Part shown: one piece after another, positions 23,801 through 36,354 of the stretch
Position numbering within the stretch: position 1 is the first letter of the stretch
Layout: each line of letters opens with the position of its first letter
From: Octopus sinensis
Lineage: Eukaryota
Assembly: GCF_006345805.1 (NCBI RefSeq)
Contig: NC_042997.1
Span: forward strand, 75,516,001 to 75,580,000
Length of the DNA stretch: 64,000 nucleotides
Direction: 5' to 3'
Translations under genes and position numbers: made by a program
The notes under the pieces: generated by a model
The model's input: only the letters and a program-made list of their open reading frames with translations
Database searches by the model: none
What the model was told of the DNA's origin: nothing

Positions 23801-26800
23801 TCACTTGTCCTGCCGGGTCTTCTCGCGCACAGCACACTTCCAGAGGTCTCGGTCTCTAGTCATTTCCTCAGTGAGACCTAAAGTTCGAAGGTCGTGCTTC
23901 ACCACCTCGTCCCAGGTTTTCCTGGGTCTGCCTCTTCCACAGGTTCCCTCAACCGCTAGGGTGTGGCACTTTTTCACACAACTATCTTCATCCATTCTCG
24001 CCACATGACCATACCAGCGCAAACGTCTCTCTTGCACACCACAACTGATGCTTCTTAGGTCCAGCTTTTCTCTCAAGGTACTTACACTCTGCCGAGTGTG
24101 AGTACCGGCATTACACATCCATCGGAGCATACTGGCTTCATTTCTAGCGAGCTTACGCATATCCTCAGCAGTCACGGCCCATGTTTCACTGCCATGTAGC
24201 ATGGCTGTTCGTACACACGCATCATACAGTCTGCCTTTCACTCTGTGCGAGAGGCCTTTTGTCACCAGCAGAGGTAAGAGCTCTCTGAACTTTGCCCAAG
24301 CTATTCTTACTCTAGCAGTTACACTTTCAGCACACCCACCCCCGCTGCTGACTTGGTCACCTAGGTAACGGAAACTATCAACTATTTCTAGTTTTTCTCC
24401 CTGGAAAGTGACGGAAGTTGGTCTCAGAGCATTTTCAGTGTTTATTGTTCCTGAGCATCTGCCACATACAAAAACCATCTTCCTAGTTAGCCTTCCTTTG
24501 ACATTGCTGCATCTCTTATGTGTCCATAGCTTACACTTGGTGCATCTTATAGAGTTTCTACCTACACCTTTTCTACAGATCGAGCAGGGCCAGCTACCTG
24601 AAGGTGTTTGTGATTTGTCTACCTTCCTACTGATTACGACTTTGGTTTTAGCTAGATTGACTCTGAGGCCCTTCGATTCTAATCCTTGTTTCCACACCTG
24701 AAACTTCTCCTCCAGTTCTGATAGCGACTCAGCAATTAGAGCAAGGTCATCAGCATAGAGGAGCTCCCAAGGGCATCCTGTCTTGAATTCCTCCGTTATT
24801 GCCTGGAGGACTATGATAAATAGGAGGGGGCTGAGTACTGAGCCTTGGTGGACCCCTACCTCTACCCGGAATTCTTCACTGTACTCATTTCCAACCCTCA
24901 CCCTACTAGCGGCGTCCCTATACATGGCCCGCACAGCTCTCACTAACCATTCATCTATCCCTAGTTTTCTCATTGCCCACCAGATAAGGGATCGGGGGAC
25001 CCTGTCGAAGGCTTTCTCCATGTCAACAAAAGCCAGGTACAGGGGCTTATCTTTGGCTAGGTATTTCTCCTGCAGCTGCCTTACCAGGAATATAGCATCA
25101 GTAGTACTTTTCCCTGGCACAAACCCAAACTGCATCTCATCTAAACTAACTCTCTCTCTAATTAGTTGGGCTATGACCCTCTCCGTAACCTTCATCACCT
25201 GGTCCAACAGCTTGATACCTCTGTAGTTATTTGTATCTAGGGCATCACCTTTACCTTTGTAGCAGTTGACTATTATACTGCTACACCAGTCATTGGGTAT
25301 GACCCCTTTGTGTATCACCTGATTAACTATATGGGTGACTAGGCTATAGCCGACACTACCAGACATTTTGAGCATCTCTGCAGTGATTCCTGATGGGCCT
25401 GGGGCTTTCCCTGTCTTCATGCTTCTAATTGCCTTAGCTACCACAGAACTATCAACTCGGATAGCTGGTCCCTCTGTTGGGTCAACATTCGGCAGACTCT
25501 CTTTATCCCATTCATTTTCTTCATTCAGCAACCTTTCATAGTGGCATCTCCAAACCTCTCTCTTTGCATCCTCATTTAGCGCAAGTGAACCATCTTCCAT
25601 GCGAACACACTTCTCTCCTACCACATCACGATTCTCTCTCAAACACTGTCTTGCAACACGAAACACCTCCAGTCTTTGGTCCTCACGGCGCAGAACATTG
25701 GCAAATTTTTTCTTATCTGCTTCCCCTCTGGCTAAATAAACCTGTCTCCTAGCTTCTCTTTTGGCAGTCTGATACAATTCCCTGCTACCCCCATTTTTCC
25801 AGACCTTCCAAGCCTGTCTCTTTTTTCTAATAGCCCTGTCTACAATATTGTTCCACCACCACGTTATTCTAGGTCGAGAGGGGACTTTGCACCAGCCACA
25901 GATCTGGTCAGTGGCTCTCAGCAGGTTGTCCCTTAGAAACGTCCAGCTGTCTTCTACCCCCTGTGATGCTCTATCCCCTTCTACTTCGTCAGAGGCTTCA
26001 AGTAATATTTCCCTAAATCTCTGTCCATTTGCAGGATCTTTAAGCTTCCAGATCCTTCTTCTCCATATTTGTCGTCTTCTGGTTGTCCTCCTAGTCCTGA
26101 TCCTAAAGTCACTAACTACCAGTCTATGTTGTGGGGTACATTCTTCACCTGGGAAGGTTTTGGCATTTATAAGCAGCCATCTCTCCCTTTGCCTTGTAAG
26201 GATGTAGTCAATTTGGCTGGTATGTTGGCCCGATTGGTAAGTGACTAGGTGGCTGGTAGGTTTCCTGAAGTTAGTGTTGCAAATCATAAGATTATTTGCA
26301 TCGCAGAACTCCAGCAGCCTGGTTCCCTCCTCGTTGCGGGAGCCATAGCCATAGCCTCCATGTACGCCATGGAAGCCCCCAGCATGTCGTCCAACGTGAC
26401 CATTGAAGTCACCAGCCACAAAGATAAGGTCTCTGTCGTTCGCCAATGAGGTAGTCTGCAGTAGAGTGTCATAGAATCGGTCTTTCTGTCCATCGGGTAG
26501 CCCCGACTGAGGAGCATAGGCTGATATAATGGTTGCTAAACTATGATGAAGCACTAATCTAATCTTAAGTATTCTGTCACTTACTCTGATTACCTCAATT
26601 ACTTTATCTACCCATTTCTCAGCGATAAGTATACCCACGCCACCAACCCCGTCAGTGTTCCCTGCCCAGAAAATCTTGTACCTGCGTTCCTTGCCTGTGA
26701 GGAACCTAGCTGATCCTCCTCTCCACCTTATTTCTTGCATGCAACATATATCCACACATCTCCGTTCAAGCATCTCGACTATCTCACCAGACCTACCTTT

Positions 26801-26968
26801 CAGAGTGCCAACGTTGAGGGTGCCAACCCTGAGGGTGTGGAAGGCATGGGCTCTAGAGACCCTGGGACGGTGGACAGTAGCTTCGTGTACCTGAAAAGAA
26901 AGCTCGCATTTGGCAGAATTCATGTGAAAGAAATGAAGTAGTAAAGTAGCCTTCAGTACAACCTGCAT
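23801..26968 (-). CDS. RTE ORF: AP endonuclease + reverse transcriptase + PHD-like finger (1055 aa)
   Basis: APE motifs GTLNV, MQE, SAYAP, AGDFN, IDYIL, SDF. RT motifs QFGF, FVDMEKAFD, GVHQGSVLSP, YADD, FRYLG. C4HC3 pattern CSIC..CTKC..HKRC..CGRC. Confidence 0.97.
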   Translation of the reverse strand: MQVVLKATLLLHFFHMNSAKCELSFQVHEATVHRPRVSRAHAFHTLRVGTLNVGTLKGRSGEIVEMLERRCVDICCMQEIRWRGGSARFLTGKERRYKIFWAGNTDGVGGVGILIAEKWVDKVIEVIRVSDRILKIRLVLHHSLATIISAYAPQSGLPDGQKDRFYDTLLQTTSLANDRDLIFVAGDFNGHVGRHAGGFHGVHGGYGYGSRNEEGTRLLEFCDANNLMICNTNFRKPTSHLVTYQSGQHTSQIDYILTRQRERWLLINAKTFPGEECTPQHRLVVSDFRIRTRRTTRRRQIWRRRIWKLKDPANGQRFREILLEASDEVEGDRASQGVEDSWTFLRDNLLRATDQICGWCKVPSRPRITWWWNNIVDRAIRKKRQAWKVWKNGGSRELYQTAKREARRQVYLARGEADKKKFANVLRREDQRLEVFRVARQCLRENRDVVGEKCVRMEDGSLALNEDAKREVWRCHYERLLNEENEWDKESLPNVDPTEGPAIRVDSSVVAKAIRSMKTGKAPGPSGITAEMLKMSGSVGYSLVTHIVNQVIHKGVIPNDWCSSIIVNCYKGKGDALDTNNYRGIKLLDQVMKVTERVIAQLIRERVSLDEMQFGFVPGKSTTDAIFLVRQLQEKYLAKDKPLYLAFVDMEKAFDRVPRSLIWWAMRKLGIDEWLVRAVRAMYRDAASRVRVGNEYSEEFRVEVGVHQGSVLSPLLFIIVLQAITEEFKTGCPWELLYADDLALIAESLSELEEKFQVWKQGLESKGLRVNLAKTKVVISRKVDKSQTPSGSWPCSICRKGVGRNSIRCTKCKLWTHKRCSNVKGRLTRKMVFVCGRCSGTINTENALRPTSVTFQGEKLEIVDSFRYLGDQVSSGGGCAESVTARVRIAWAKFRELLPLLVTKGLSHRVKGRLYDACVRTAMLHGSETWAVTAEDMRKLARNEASMLRWMCNAGTHTRQSVSTLREKLDLRSISCGVQERRLRWYGHVARMDEDSCVKKCHTLAVEGTCGRGRPRKTWDEVVKHDLRTLGLTEEMTRDRDLWKCAVREKTRQDK

Positions 26969-27140
26969 AACGCTAGCCTTTCATATTTTGCACTGTATGA
27001 ACATTACCTTACATAGGTCGAGACTAGGGGTAGGGAGGGGTATGGATGGTGAGAGCATTTGCAGTCTTCATGGGAAGCAACCCCGGAATGGAAGAGAATA
27101 GGAACTTCCGGCATGCGTGGTGGGGGTGGGAGTGCGGGTG

Positions 27141-29881
27141 CACCGTAGCTGAGTAAAGAGGTTCTGTTAATCGTGAGCTAGCAAATGGGTTTGTATGAAT
27201 CGGGAGACAATACTAAACGAAAAATTGAAAAATCAGAGTGGCTATGAACCTGGAGACAAGTCTAAACGAAAAAAAAATGTTTGAGCTAGACAGGGTAATG
27301 AGGGAATACTGAAAGAATGAGTGACAATACAATGAGATGGAAATTGAAGAATAGAGAAAGAATAAGGATAAGTGCAAGAAAGAAGGTAGTCGTAGCGAGG
27401 TTGGACGATTCACTTAACTTTTAGCCATTCATGATCTGTGCGTATTCTTTAGATATTTTGAAGCGAGTGAGGTTAACGATAAATGCGATGGCTCTTTTAT
27501 GTATGGCGATGATGGTTTTGGGGAGGGGGGGGCATAGAGGACCATGGCGATGATGGTTATGGGAAGGGGGGACATAGCGAGAGAGAGAGATACGGTTAGT
27601 TAGAGAGAGAGGTCAAGGGACACGTGACAATAAGCGGTGTGAGGGAATTTGACTGGGGACGGCATTGTCGATAAATAAACATTAGATAAATAGGTTTGAA
27701 AATCAGAAAAATCAGAGGGAATATCATTATTGATAGCTAATATAACACCGTAGCTGAGTAAAGAGGTTCTGTTAATCGTGAGCTAGCAAATGGGTTTGTA
27801 TGAATCGGGAGACAATACTAAACGAAAAATTGAAAAATCAGAGTGGCTATGAACCTGGAGACAAGTCTAAACGAAAAAAAAAAATGTTTGAGCTAGACAG
27901 GGTAATGAGGGAATACTGAAAGAATGAGTGACAATACAATGAGATGGAAATTGAAGAATAGAGAAAGAATAAGGATAAGTGCAAGAAAGAAGGTAGTCGT
28001 AGCGAGGTTGGACGATTCACTTAACTTTTAGCCATTCATGATCTGTGCGTATTCTTTAGATATTTTGAAGCGAGTGAGGTTAACGATAAATGCGATGGCT
28101 CTTTTATGTATGGCGATGATGGTTTTGGGGAGGGGGGGGCATAGAGGACCATGGCGATGATGGTTATGGGAAGGGGGGACATAGCGAGAGAGAGAGATAC
28201 GGTTAGTTAGAGAGAGAGGTCAAGGGACACGTGACAATAAGCGGTGTGAGGGAATTTGACTGGGGACGGCATTGTCGATAAATAAACATTAGATAAATAG
28301 GTTTGAAAATCAGAAAAATCAGAGGGAATATCATTATTGATAGCTAATATAACACCGTAGCTGAGTAAAGAGGTTCTGTTAATCGTGAGCTAGCAAATGG
28401 GTTTGTATGAATCGGGAGACAATACTAAACGAAAAATTGAAAAATCAGAGTGGCTATGAACCTGGAGACAAGTCTAAACGAAAAAAAAAAATGTTTGAGC
28501 TAGACAGGGTAATGAGGGAATACTGAAAGAATGAGTGACAATACAATGAGATGGAAATTGAAGAATAGAGAAAGAATAAGGATAAGTGCAAGAAAGAAGG
28601 TAGTCGTAGCGAGGTTGGACGATTCACTTAACTTTTAGCCATTCATGATCTGTGCGTATTCTTTAGATATTTTGAAGCGAGTGGGGTTAACGATAAATGC
28701 GATGGCTCTTTTATGTATGGCGATGATGGTTTTGGGGAGGGGGGGGCATAGAGGACCATGGCGATGATGGTTATGGGAAGGGGGGACATAGCGAGAGAGA
28801 GATACGGTTAGTTAGAGAGAGAGGTCAAGGGACACGTGACAATAAGCGGTGTGAGGGAATTTGACTGAGGACGGCATTGTCGATAAATAAACATTAGATA
28901 AATAGGTTTGAAAATCAGAAAAATCAGAGGGAATATCATTATTGATAGCTAATATAACACCGTAGCTGAGTAAAGAGGTTCTGTTAATCGTGAGCTAGCA
29001 AATGGGTTTGTATGAATCGGGAGACAATACTAAACGAAAAATTGAAAAATCAGAGTGGCTATGAACCTGGAGACAAGTCTAAACGAAAAAAAAATGTTTG
29101 AGCTAGACAGGGTAATGAGGGAATACTGAAAGAATGAGTGACAATACAATGAGATGGAAATTGAAGAATAGAGAAAGAATAAGGATAAGTGCAAGAAAGA
29201 AGGTAGTCGTAGCGAGGTTGGACGATTCACTTAACTTTTAGCCATTCATGATCTGTGCGTATTCTTTAGATATTTTGAAGCGAGTGGGGTTAACGATAAA
29301 TGCGATGGCTCTTTTATGTATGGCGATGATGGTTTTGGGGAGGGGGGGGCATAGAGGACCATGGCGATGATGGTTATGGGAAGGGGGGACATAGCGAGAG
29401 AGAGATACGGTTAGTTAGAGAGAGAGGTCAAGGGACACGTGACAATAAGCGGTGTGAGGGAATTTGACTGGGGACAGCATTGTCGATAAATAAACATTAG
29501 ATAAATAGGTTTGAAAATCAGAAAAATCAGAGGGAATATCATTATTGATAGCTAATATAACACCGTAGCTGAGTAAAGAGGTTCTGTTAATCGTGAGCTA
29601 GCAAATGGGTTTGTATGAATCGGGAGACAATACTAAACGAAAAATTGAAAAATCAGAGTGGCTATGAACCTGGAGACAAGTCTAAACGAAAAAAAAATGT
29701 TTGAGCTAGACAGGGTAATGAGGGAATACTGAAAGAATGAGTGACAATACAATGAGATGGAAATTGAAGAATAGAGAAAGAATAAGGATAAGTGCAAGAA
29801 AGAAGGTAGTCGTAGCGAGGTTGGACGATTCACTTAACTTTTAGCCATTCATGATCTGTGCGTATTCTTTAGATATTTTGA
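27141..29881. repeat. 4.5 tandem copies of a ~605-bp unit
   Basis: CACCGTAGCTGAG at 27141, 27746, 28353, 28958 and 29561. Confidence 0.97.
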
Positions 29882-29959
29882 ACTTAAAAAATAAAATTTT
29901 ATTCCTGCATGAAAATATCTCACAGATGATTGTAGTTATGAAACGTAACACAAACAATA

Positions 29960-30410
29960 GCTTCACATGACATGAGGAAGATCACAGAAAAAGTTAGTGA
30001 GGCAGTTAGGTGATATAGGGATACATAAGGGGCTAAACTCCAAACTGCACCAGTTGAAACAACTCACAGCTGCAGCTGAGAATCTAAAATATAAATCTAC
30101 AGCATATAAACAGTAAATGTTCAATAGATTATTTGCCAGGGATCCCATTTCTGTTTATCAAAGCTTCAATGAGGAAGGATTAGTCTCTATAAAAGACACC
30201 CCTACAAATGATCAGGTTGAGGACTGCTGGAAAATCAATGATGAATTCAACAGATAAGCTGTGTGTCTAAAAAAACTGGAGCAGGACTACTGCTAGCATG
30301 AAATAGATAGCAAAATACTTGAAATAGTTATTCAGAAAATGTCTAACAGAAAATACCCAGTCCCAGACCTCATAACAAGTTACTGGCTGAAGAATTTCAC
30401 CTTTGATTTG
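29960..30410 (+). mobile_element. R4/Dong-like non-LTR fragment
   Basis: MFNRLFARDP..YQSF and KMSNRKYPVPDLITSYWLKNF resemble R4 QNRLF and NWKAPGPD..FWLK. Confidence 0.55.
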
Positions 30411-30499
30411 CAAGATCAGGTAGCAAGCTGGCAAAATCATTAGCTTGCTGGACAAAATGTTTAGCAGTATTTCACCCATCACTACATTGTGCTGAGTTT

Positions 30500-31775
30500 T
30501 TCCGTCAAGTTTCTGAATGTTGTTTTTGGTCCAGTCTACAATTCCAACTCCATATCTGATTGGGGATACTGCTCTTGCATTTACTGCTTCAATAACATTT
30601 TTTGAATTCAGCTTTGACTGCTATAATTTTTTTCACGCTTCTTGTATACTCTCTGCTGGTTATTTGTTTCATTTCTTCTTGTATTATTTCTTCTGCTTCC
30701 AGTATCTCCAAATACTTATACCACTGTCCTTTCTCATCTGCTTTCATTGTTTGCTCATTTAGCATTTCAATTCCTTGGCTTCCTTCAAATCTTCCTTGTT
30801 TCATTTTCATCCTAGTGCATTCCTCAATCCCAAATTCCATACTACATCATTTGAGAAAATGCAAACAGTATGCATTAGACTTACAAGTTGTCTCTCATTT
30901 TTTGCATAACTCTTTATATCATCCATAAAAAGAAAATTATTTATCTGATCATATCCTTTCCCCAAATTGTAAGCTATTTTAACTTTTCACAATATCAAAG
31001 TAAGTGGTATCATGACCAATGCAAATAGAAATGGAGATAAGCTATATCCTTGGAATATTCCACATCTGATTTTTCACTTTCCCAAGTCTTTGTTTCTTTC
31101 CAATCAATGGTACCATGTTATATGCTCTTTTTGTAGTCTAACCGTGCTACATGCAATCCCATCAATCTGTGTCTGTAATTTCTGTTTATCATTTTATCAA
31201 CTAATAAGTGGTCTTTTGTTACTATTTTGTTTCCTGCATCTTTTCTGCTCTTCTGCAAGTAGATTGTTAATTTCTATAGCTTTTCCACCATGACACTGAT
31301 CATAAGCTTCCGCAAAAGTGTTATAAGTTGAAAATTTGATGCCAAGTTACCTTTCAAGGGATCCTTGTGACATTACAGCATTCATGCATTTAAGGACATG
31401 ACCATACTGCAGGCATTCATCCAACTGTGTAAAGTTCTTCAGCCAGTAACCTTGTACTTCATCTTGGCCAGGTCCCTTCCAATTTGCATTTATTTAAAAC
31501 TTCAGTTTCCACTGTATATATAGATGGATTCTGATGTCCTTTTGTCTTGGCACAGTTGCAAATTGTCTTTCCACCTGTGTTAGCCACTCTGTACTTTCTT
31601 TATGTCTCACCAGCCTATTCCAGTTCTTCCCCCATAATATTTTACTTTCTTCTGCATCAGGAAATGATTCCTGATGTTGGTCCCCTTCTATTTCCTCAAA
31701 AAATGCCTTCCATTTGATAGGAACAGTCTATTCTGTTCAAAGCCTTTGCATCTAGCATCATATCTTTTCAGTTTT
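30500..31775 (-). mobile_element. R4/Dong-like RT fragment
   Basis: LKRYDARCKGFEQNRLF and MEFGIEEC..GIEM..YKYLEILE..EY.R.VKKI. Confidence 0.7.
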
Positions 31776-31809
31776 TATTAGTGGTATTATTATTACTATT
31801 ATCATTATT

Positions 31810-32437
31810 TCTTTCTTTCAGTTTTGTTTCCATTTCTTGCCGAGTGTTTTTCTGACACCTAGACAAAGAAACTCACTGTATACATTGGTAGGCCATTAAG
31901 ATAAACACACTAGATATTTCATTTACAAAGTCATATGATAGGAAAATAAAGAAGAAAAAATGAAAAATAAGAAGACAAAGTAAATAAAGGGGAAAAAGGA
32001 AAGAAAATTCAGTGACAATGCTCTTCTCAGTACATATGACATTCCAGTTAAGACAATCTATTGCACTTCCTACATAGCAAGCTAGGGAGCATCCTTAAAT
32101 AATTTTCAGTTCCTCTTTTGATCATTCCAAGTGCCCATACCATCACTGGTATTGTAACCGTCTTGAGAATCCACATTTCTTCAATTTCAATCACCAAATC
32201 TTTATATTTTCTGAGCTTATCAAATTCCTTTGCTGAGATATTAGGATCGCAAGGTATGCTCATGTTAATTAATAAACAGACTTTATTGTTTTGGTCTTTT
32301 ACAACAATATCTGGTTTATTAGCTTTGATGGTCCAGTACTGGAAAGTCCCAAGGAATTGTTGCATTTTCTCCCTCAGTTTCAGCCTCAGGGTAGTGCTTG
32401 TACCATTTGTCAGTAGTTTTAATTTTATAATACTGAC
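31810..32437 (-). mobile_element. R4/Dong-like 3' fragment with restriction-like endonuclease
   Basis: WYKHYPE..WDF, IKANKPDIVVKD..LINMSIP..KLRKYKDL and IPVMVWALG. Flanked by (TAA)n-like tracts. Confidence 0.75.
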
Positions 32438-32466
32438 ATTATTTATTATTATTATTATTATTATTA

Positions 32467-32900
32467 AGGTGGTGAGCTGGCAGAATCATTAGCATGCTAG
32501 GTGAAATGCTTAGCAGTATTTCATCTGTTTTCACTCTCTGAGGTCACCTCTGCCAAGGTCAACTTTGCCTTTCATCCTTTTGGGGGTTGATAAAATAAAT
32601 ACCAGTTGAACACTGGGTTTGATGCAAACTCATCCCCTCCCCCAAAATTGCTGCCCCTGTGCCAAAATTTGAAACCAAGAAAAAAGCTGGCAGAATCATT
32701 AGCACACTGAGCAAAAACACTGGGCAAAATGTGTAGCAGCATTTCGTGTTTTCACATTCTCAAATTCCACCAAGATCAACTTTGCCTTTCATCTTTTAGA
32801 GGTCACTAATTTAAATACCAGTGAAACAATGGGGGTCAGTGTTATTGACTGTTCCCCTCCCCTTAAATTTCAGGCCATGTGCCTCTAGTAGAAAGGATTA
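32467..32900 (+). mobile_element. Two adjacent SINEs of a second family
   Basis: GAGCTGGCAGAATCATTAGC heads at ~32474 and ~32685. Shared core CAACTTTGCCTTTCATC...TAAATACCAG. Related copy at ~53590-53780. Confidence 0.75.
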
Positions 32901-33300
32901 TTATTTTTTTCACTGCAGATTTGTCACAAAAGCCTTTCTTAGTTGCTTTTGATTGCTTAGAGAATTTGGATATTTAATTGTTATCAAAGTGGATGAAAAG
33001 TTTTCTTTCATTTGGCTTTATACAAGATGATAGCCATTCTAAATAAATGAGGAGTTTATTCTCACCAAAATAAATGAGGAATGTTGATTATTTCCAATAT
33101 CTTAGTTTTTCACTTCAAAGGTTTGTAAATAATGGCATTTACAACAACAAAAAGATATTACCCTCCCTTTTCCTCAATACAGAAAAGGAAAAAGGTGATG
33201 CTTGTAAGAAAATAAAGGAAAAAACTGTTTCTTTGTCACAAGACATGTTGAAAGAAGGTTTTAAGATATTGAAATCCAGGAACAGTGACTTTATTAATGA

Positions 33301-34430
33301 CTAGCAGTATAACCCGGCCTTGCCCGAGATTAAGTTCTATATTTTAAACCAATCTAAGTAATATCAACGTCAAATTTGGATGAAATCCATTGAAATTGGT
33401 TATATTATATATATATAATATAATATAAATATGTATGGGCAACACTCACATATGTATGTACACCTATTGCATGTTTTGTGCATGCATACATGTTCATAAA
33501 TAGAAATGAATGGAAAAAATGTTGTTAAATTTGTAGATTAACTCTTGCACGATTTTCACTAAGAAAAAAATCGTTTTTTTTTGCATGGAAGCAACTACTC
33601 TGGCCTCTTAATATGCTACAAAACCCTTTTTGTGGTCCGTGAAATGGAGTGGGGTGTGGTGGAAGCCTCGCAAATTGTACCCATTTCTATTGTGTAATTC
33701 ACTGACAAACTGTTACCTACATCTTTGTTTCTTTGTTGTTAAATAAATGGATTCTCAACAAAACACTTTTTTACTCGGCGTAGAATATAAACAAAACTCT
33801 TTCACACCCAAAGTAATAGGTGTGAGAGAGAGAGAGGGGGAAGAAAAATGAACGATTTAAAATAAATAAATATATTGTAATTGTTGTGTGAGAAAGTATA
33901 TATACTATGATTATAAAATAGTGTCTTTCAAAACATCCTAAATTTGAACACTATATCTTGTGTTTAAGAAAAAACAAAACATTTTACATTTTATTTTTTA
34001 TTTTTTATGAACGTCGTCACTTTCTCTCTCTCCCTTTTTTTTTGTTTAGACGCTGTGAAACTCTCTGCCTCTCTTCCACTTTTCTTTATCTTGTTTTTTT
34101 TTAGATGACGTCAAACTATCTCCCACTCTTCCTTACACATACTTTTTCTTTACTATTTTTGTTAGACATTGCAAAACACTCTCTCTCCCTCACACACACA
34201 CACACACATACATCATTGCACAACTTCTCTCTCTCTCCCTCACACACACACACACACATACATCAATGCACAACTTCTCTCTCTCCCTCACACACACACT
34301 TTCGCTTGGCTATGGCTAGAAGGGACTTAACTCATGTTATCAATCTTCAAAATAGGTAAAAGCTATGGTTGAAAATAGATTTTTACCGCTAAAAGCTATG
34401 GCTGAAAATAGATTTTTACCACTATCCGCA
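33301..34430 (-). mobile_element. Helitron-like element (3' end clear, 5' end not located)
   Basis: Minus strand ends CTCGGGCAAGGCCGGGTTATACTGCTAG|T. Internal short tandem repeats at 34190-34300 and 34361-34420. Confidence 0.55.
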
Positions 34431-35079
34431 GGTGCCTTGGTAAAAAAATAAGTTAACAAAACCCAGATAGGGTATTGACGAATATCCTCCTAAAATTGGA
34501 GCAACATGCATGCTAATTTGTGGACGTGCATAAATTACAATCACGTACACACACACACACACACACACATCATGCCTTTTGTAGATACAGATAACAACAG
34601 CATGCACGGACAAGCTTTACTATGTGAACATGTTGTCAAGTCAGAGATTCCTTCATTGTTTCATTTTCAAATATCACTAGTAACATACAGAAATTGTAAA
34701 TAATGAGTTCACATGAACAAGATCAATATTACAAGAGTTGTATAAGAAAGGAAAAAATATTCTTCTTGACCATGTTATTAAGGAGTAAGAGGGACACAAA
34801 ATTGCTTACTTCTGTCTTACAAAGCACACAAGGGTAGTCCTTGTACTGTTGAAATAAAAAGCATGGGTCAACATGTAGAAGAACTTTACCTCCATTGGCT
34901 GATGTACAATGTATAGGTCTCCATGAATACTTTATAGAAACAAGCTGAAGGAAGCAAACAAGCCAACCAGGTGTAACATAACAGCTTCTACATTTGTGCC
35001 ACTGGGGACACAAATAATGTGGGTCCAGGTGACGAATGTTGACAATGATGTTGATCTTTGCTTTGTCATCATCTTCATA

Positions 35080-36354
35080 TCAGGTCATCCCATAAGTTCT
35101 GTCCAATTTTACATTTTCTAAAATTGTATGAAATTTAATAGTATTTTAGAATGTCTAATGGAATTAAAAATTATTTTTATTCATTTGTGCACATTTAAAC
35201 TAATTAAATAGTATTTTACAGAATAGAATTAAAATTTCTTGATTAAAACCCTTTCTAACATGGAAGTATCAAAAGAGCATTTAAAGCACATAATGTTTTA
35301 TGAGTACAAAAAAGGAAACTCTGCAGCCAAAGCAACTCAAAATATGCACTCTGTTTATGGGAAAGAATGCTTGAATGAAAGAACTTGCAGAAGATGGTTT
35401 GCAAAATTCAGAAGTGGAGATTTCAGCCTGAAGATAAAGATCGAACAGGACATCCAGTTGAGTTTGATGATAAGCTCCTTGAGGCATTACTTGAAGAAAA
35501 TCCTGCATTATCAGTTGAAGAATTGGCAATAAAGCTTAGTTCAAACCATACAACTGTTCATCGTCATCTTCAACAACTTGGAAAGGTTCCTAAACTTGGA
35601 AAATGAGTGCCTCATGAATTGTCCGAAAGCAACTGCAAATGCTGAGTTGACATCTGCTCTTCTTTCCATTCTCACAAACTTATTTCACCCTTTTTGGATT
35701 GACTCGTGACTGGTGACGAAAAATGGATCTTCTATTGAAATGCTAAACGTTGTATACAGTGGCTTGGTAAAAGGGAAAAAGCTGGATCACAACCAAGAAG
35801 GGAACTTCATGGAAAAAAGGTTCTTCTCTCTATCTCGTGAGATTGCAAAGGAGTAATTCACTTTGAATTGTTACCAGCTAATGCAACAATCAATGCTCAA
35901 GCAATTAGAGCATTTGAACCAAGCTTTGAAAAAAAAAAAAGACCCGCTTTAGTGAATTGAAAAGGAGTGAAGTTTCATCAGGACAATGTGCAACCCTACT
36001 CTGCAAAGATCACATCACAGAAGATCGAAGAGCTTGGTTGGGAAAAAATTTCTCATCCACCTTATTCTCCTGACCTTGCTCCTTCAGACTACCATTTGTT
36101 TTGTAGTTTACAGAATCATTTGGGGGGACATAAATTTTGCAAGCCAGGAGGAGGTTGAAACTGACATTTCAAAGTTTTTCGCTTTGAAACAAAAAGAGTT
36201 TTACATTGATGGGATTAAAAAGCTTGTAAATAGATGAAAGAAAGTCATAGATAATCAAGGAAAGTACATTGATGATTAAATTTCAATTAAATATAACATT
36301 TGATCACTTGTTTTCTTTATTCCAAATTCAGACAGAACTTATGGGTTAACCTGA
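35080..36354 (+). mobile_element. Full-length mariner (DD34D-type), decayed transposase
   Basis: TA-flanked TIRs TCAGGTCATCCCATAAGTTCTGTC / GACAGAACTTATGGGTTAACCTGA. Motifs VTGDEKW, FHQDN and SPDLAPSDYHLF. ATG at ~35260. Confidence 0.93.

Larger units (their letters stand above)
23194..29881 (-). mobile_element. RTE-clade LINE with intact ORF, repetitive 3'UTR, (GAT)n tail and tandem 5' region
   Basis: Uninterrupted ORF, (GAT)n at ~23194-23210, 5'UTR homology to 7900-8100. No TSD found. Confidence 0.9.

Noticed and set aside
24408-26941. Plus-strand ORFs antisense to the RTE ORF
   Set aside because: These are typical shadow ORFs of a long coding frame, with no recognisable motifs.
26970-27140. 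HDV-like ribozyme in the RTE 5'UTR
   Set aside because: Known in some RTEs, but I could not assign P1/P2/P3/P1.1 pairings by eye.
27141-29881. CRISPR array, or 66-aa repeated genes
   Set aside because: The units are whole ~605-bp duplicates with no unique spacers. The short ORFs are low-complexity translations of a pyrimidine-rich strand.
34729-35075. Minus-strand open frame as a gene
   Set aside because: No recognisable domain, splice signals or family. Left unannotated.
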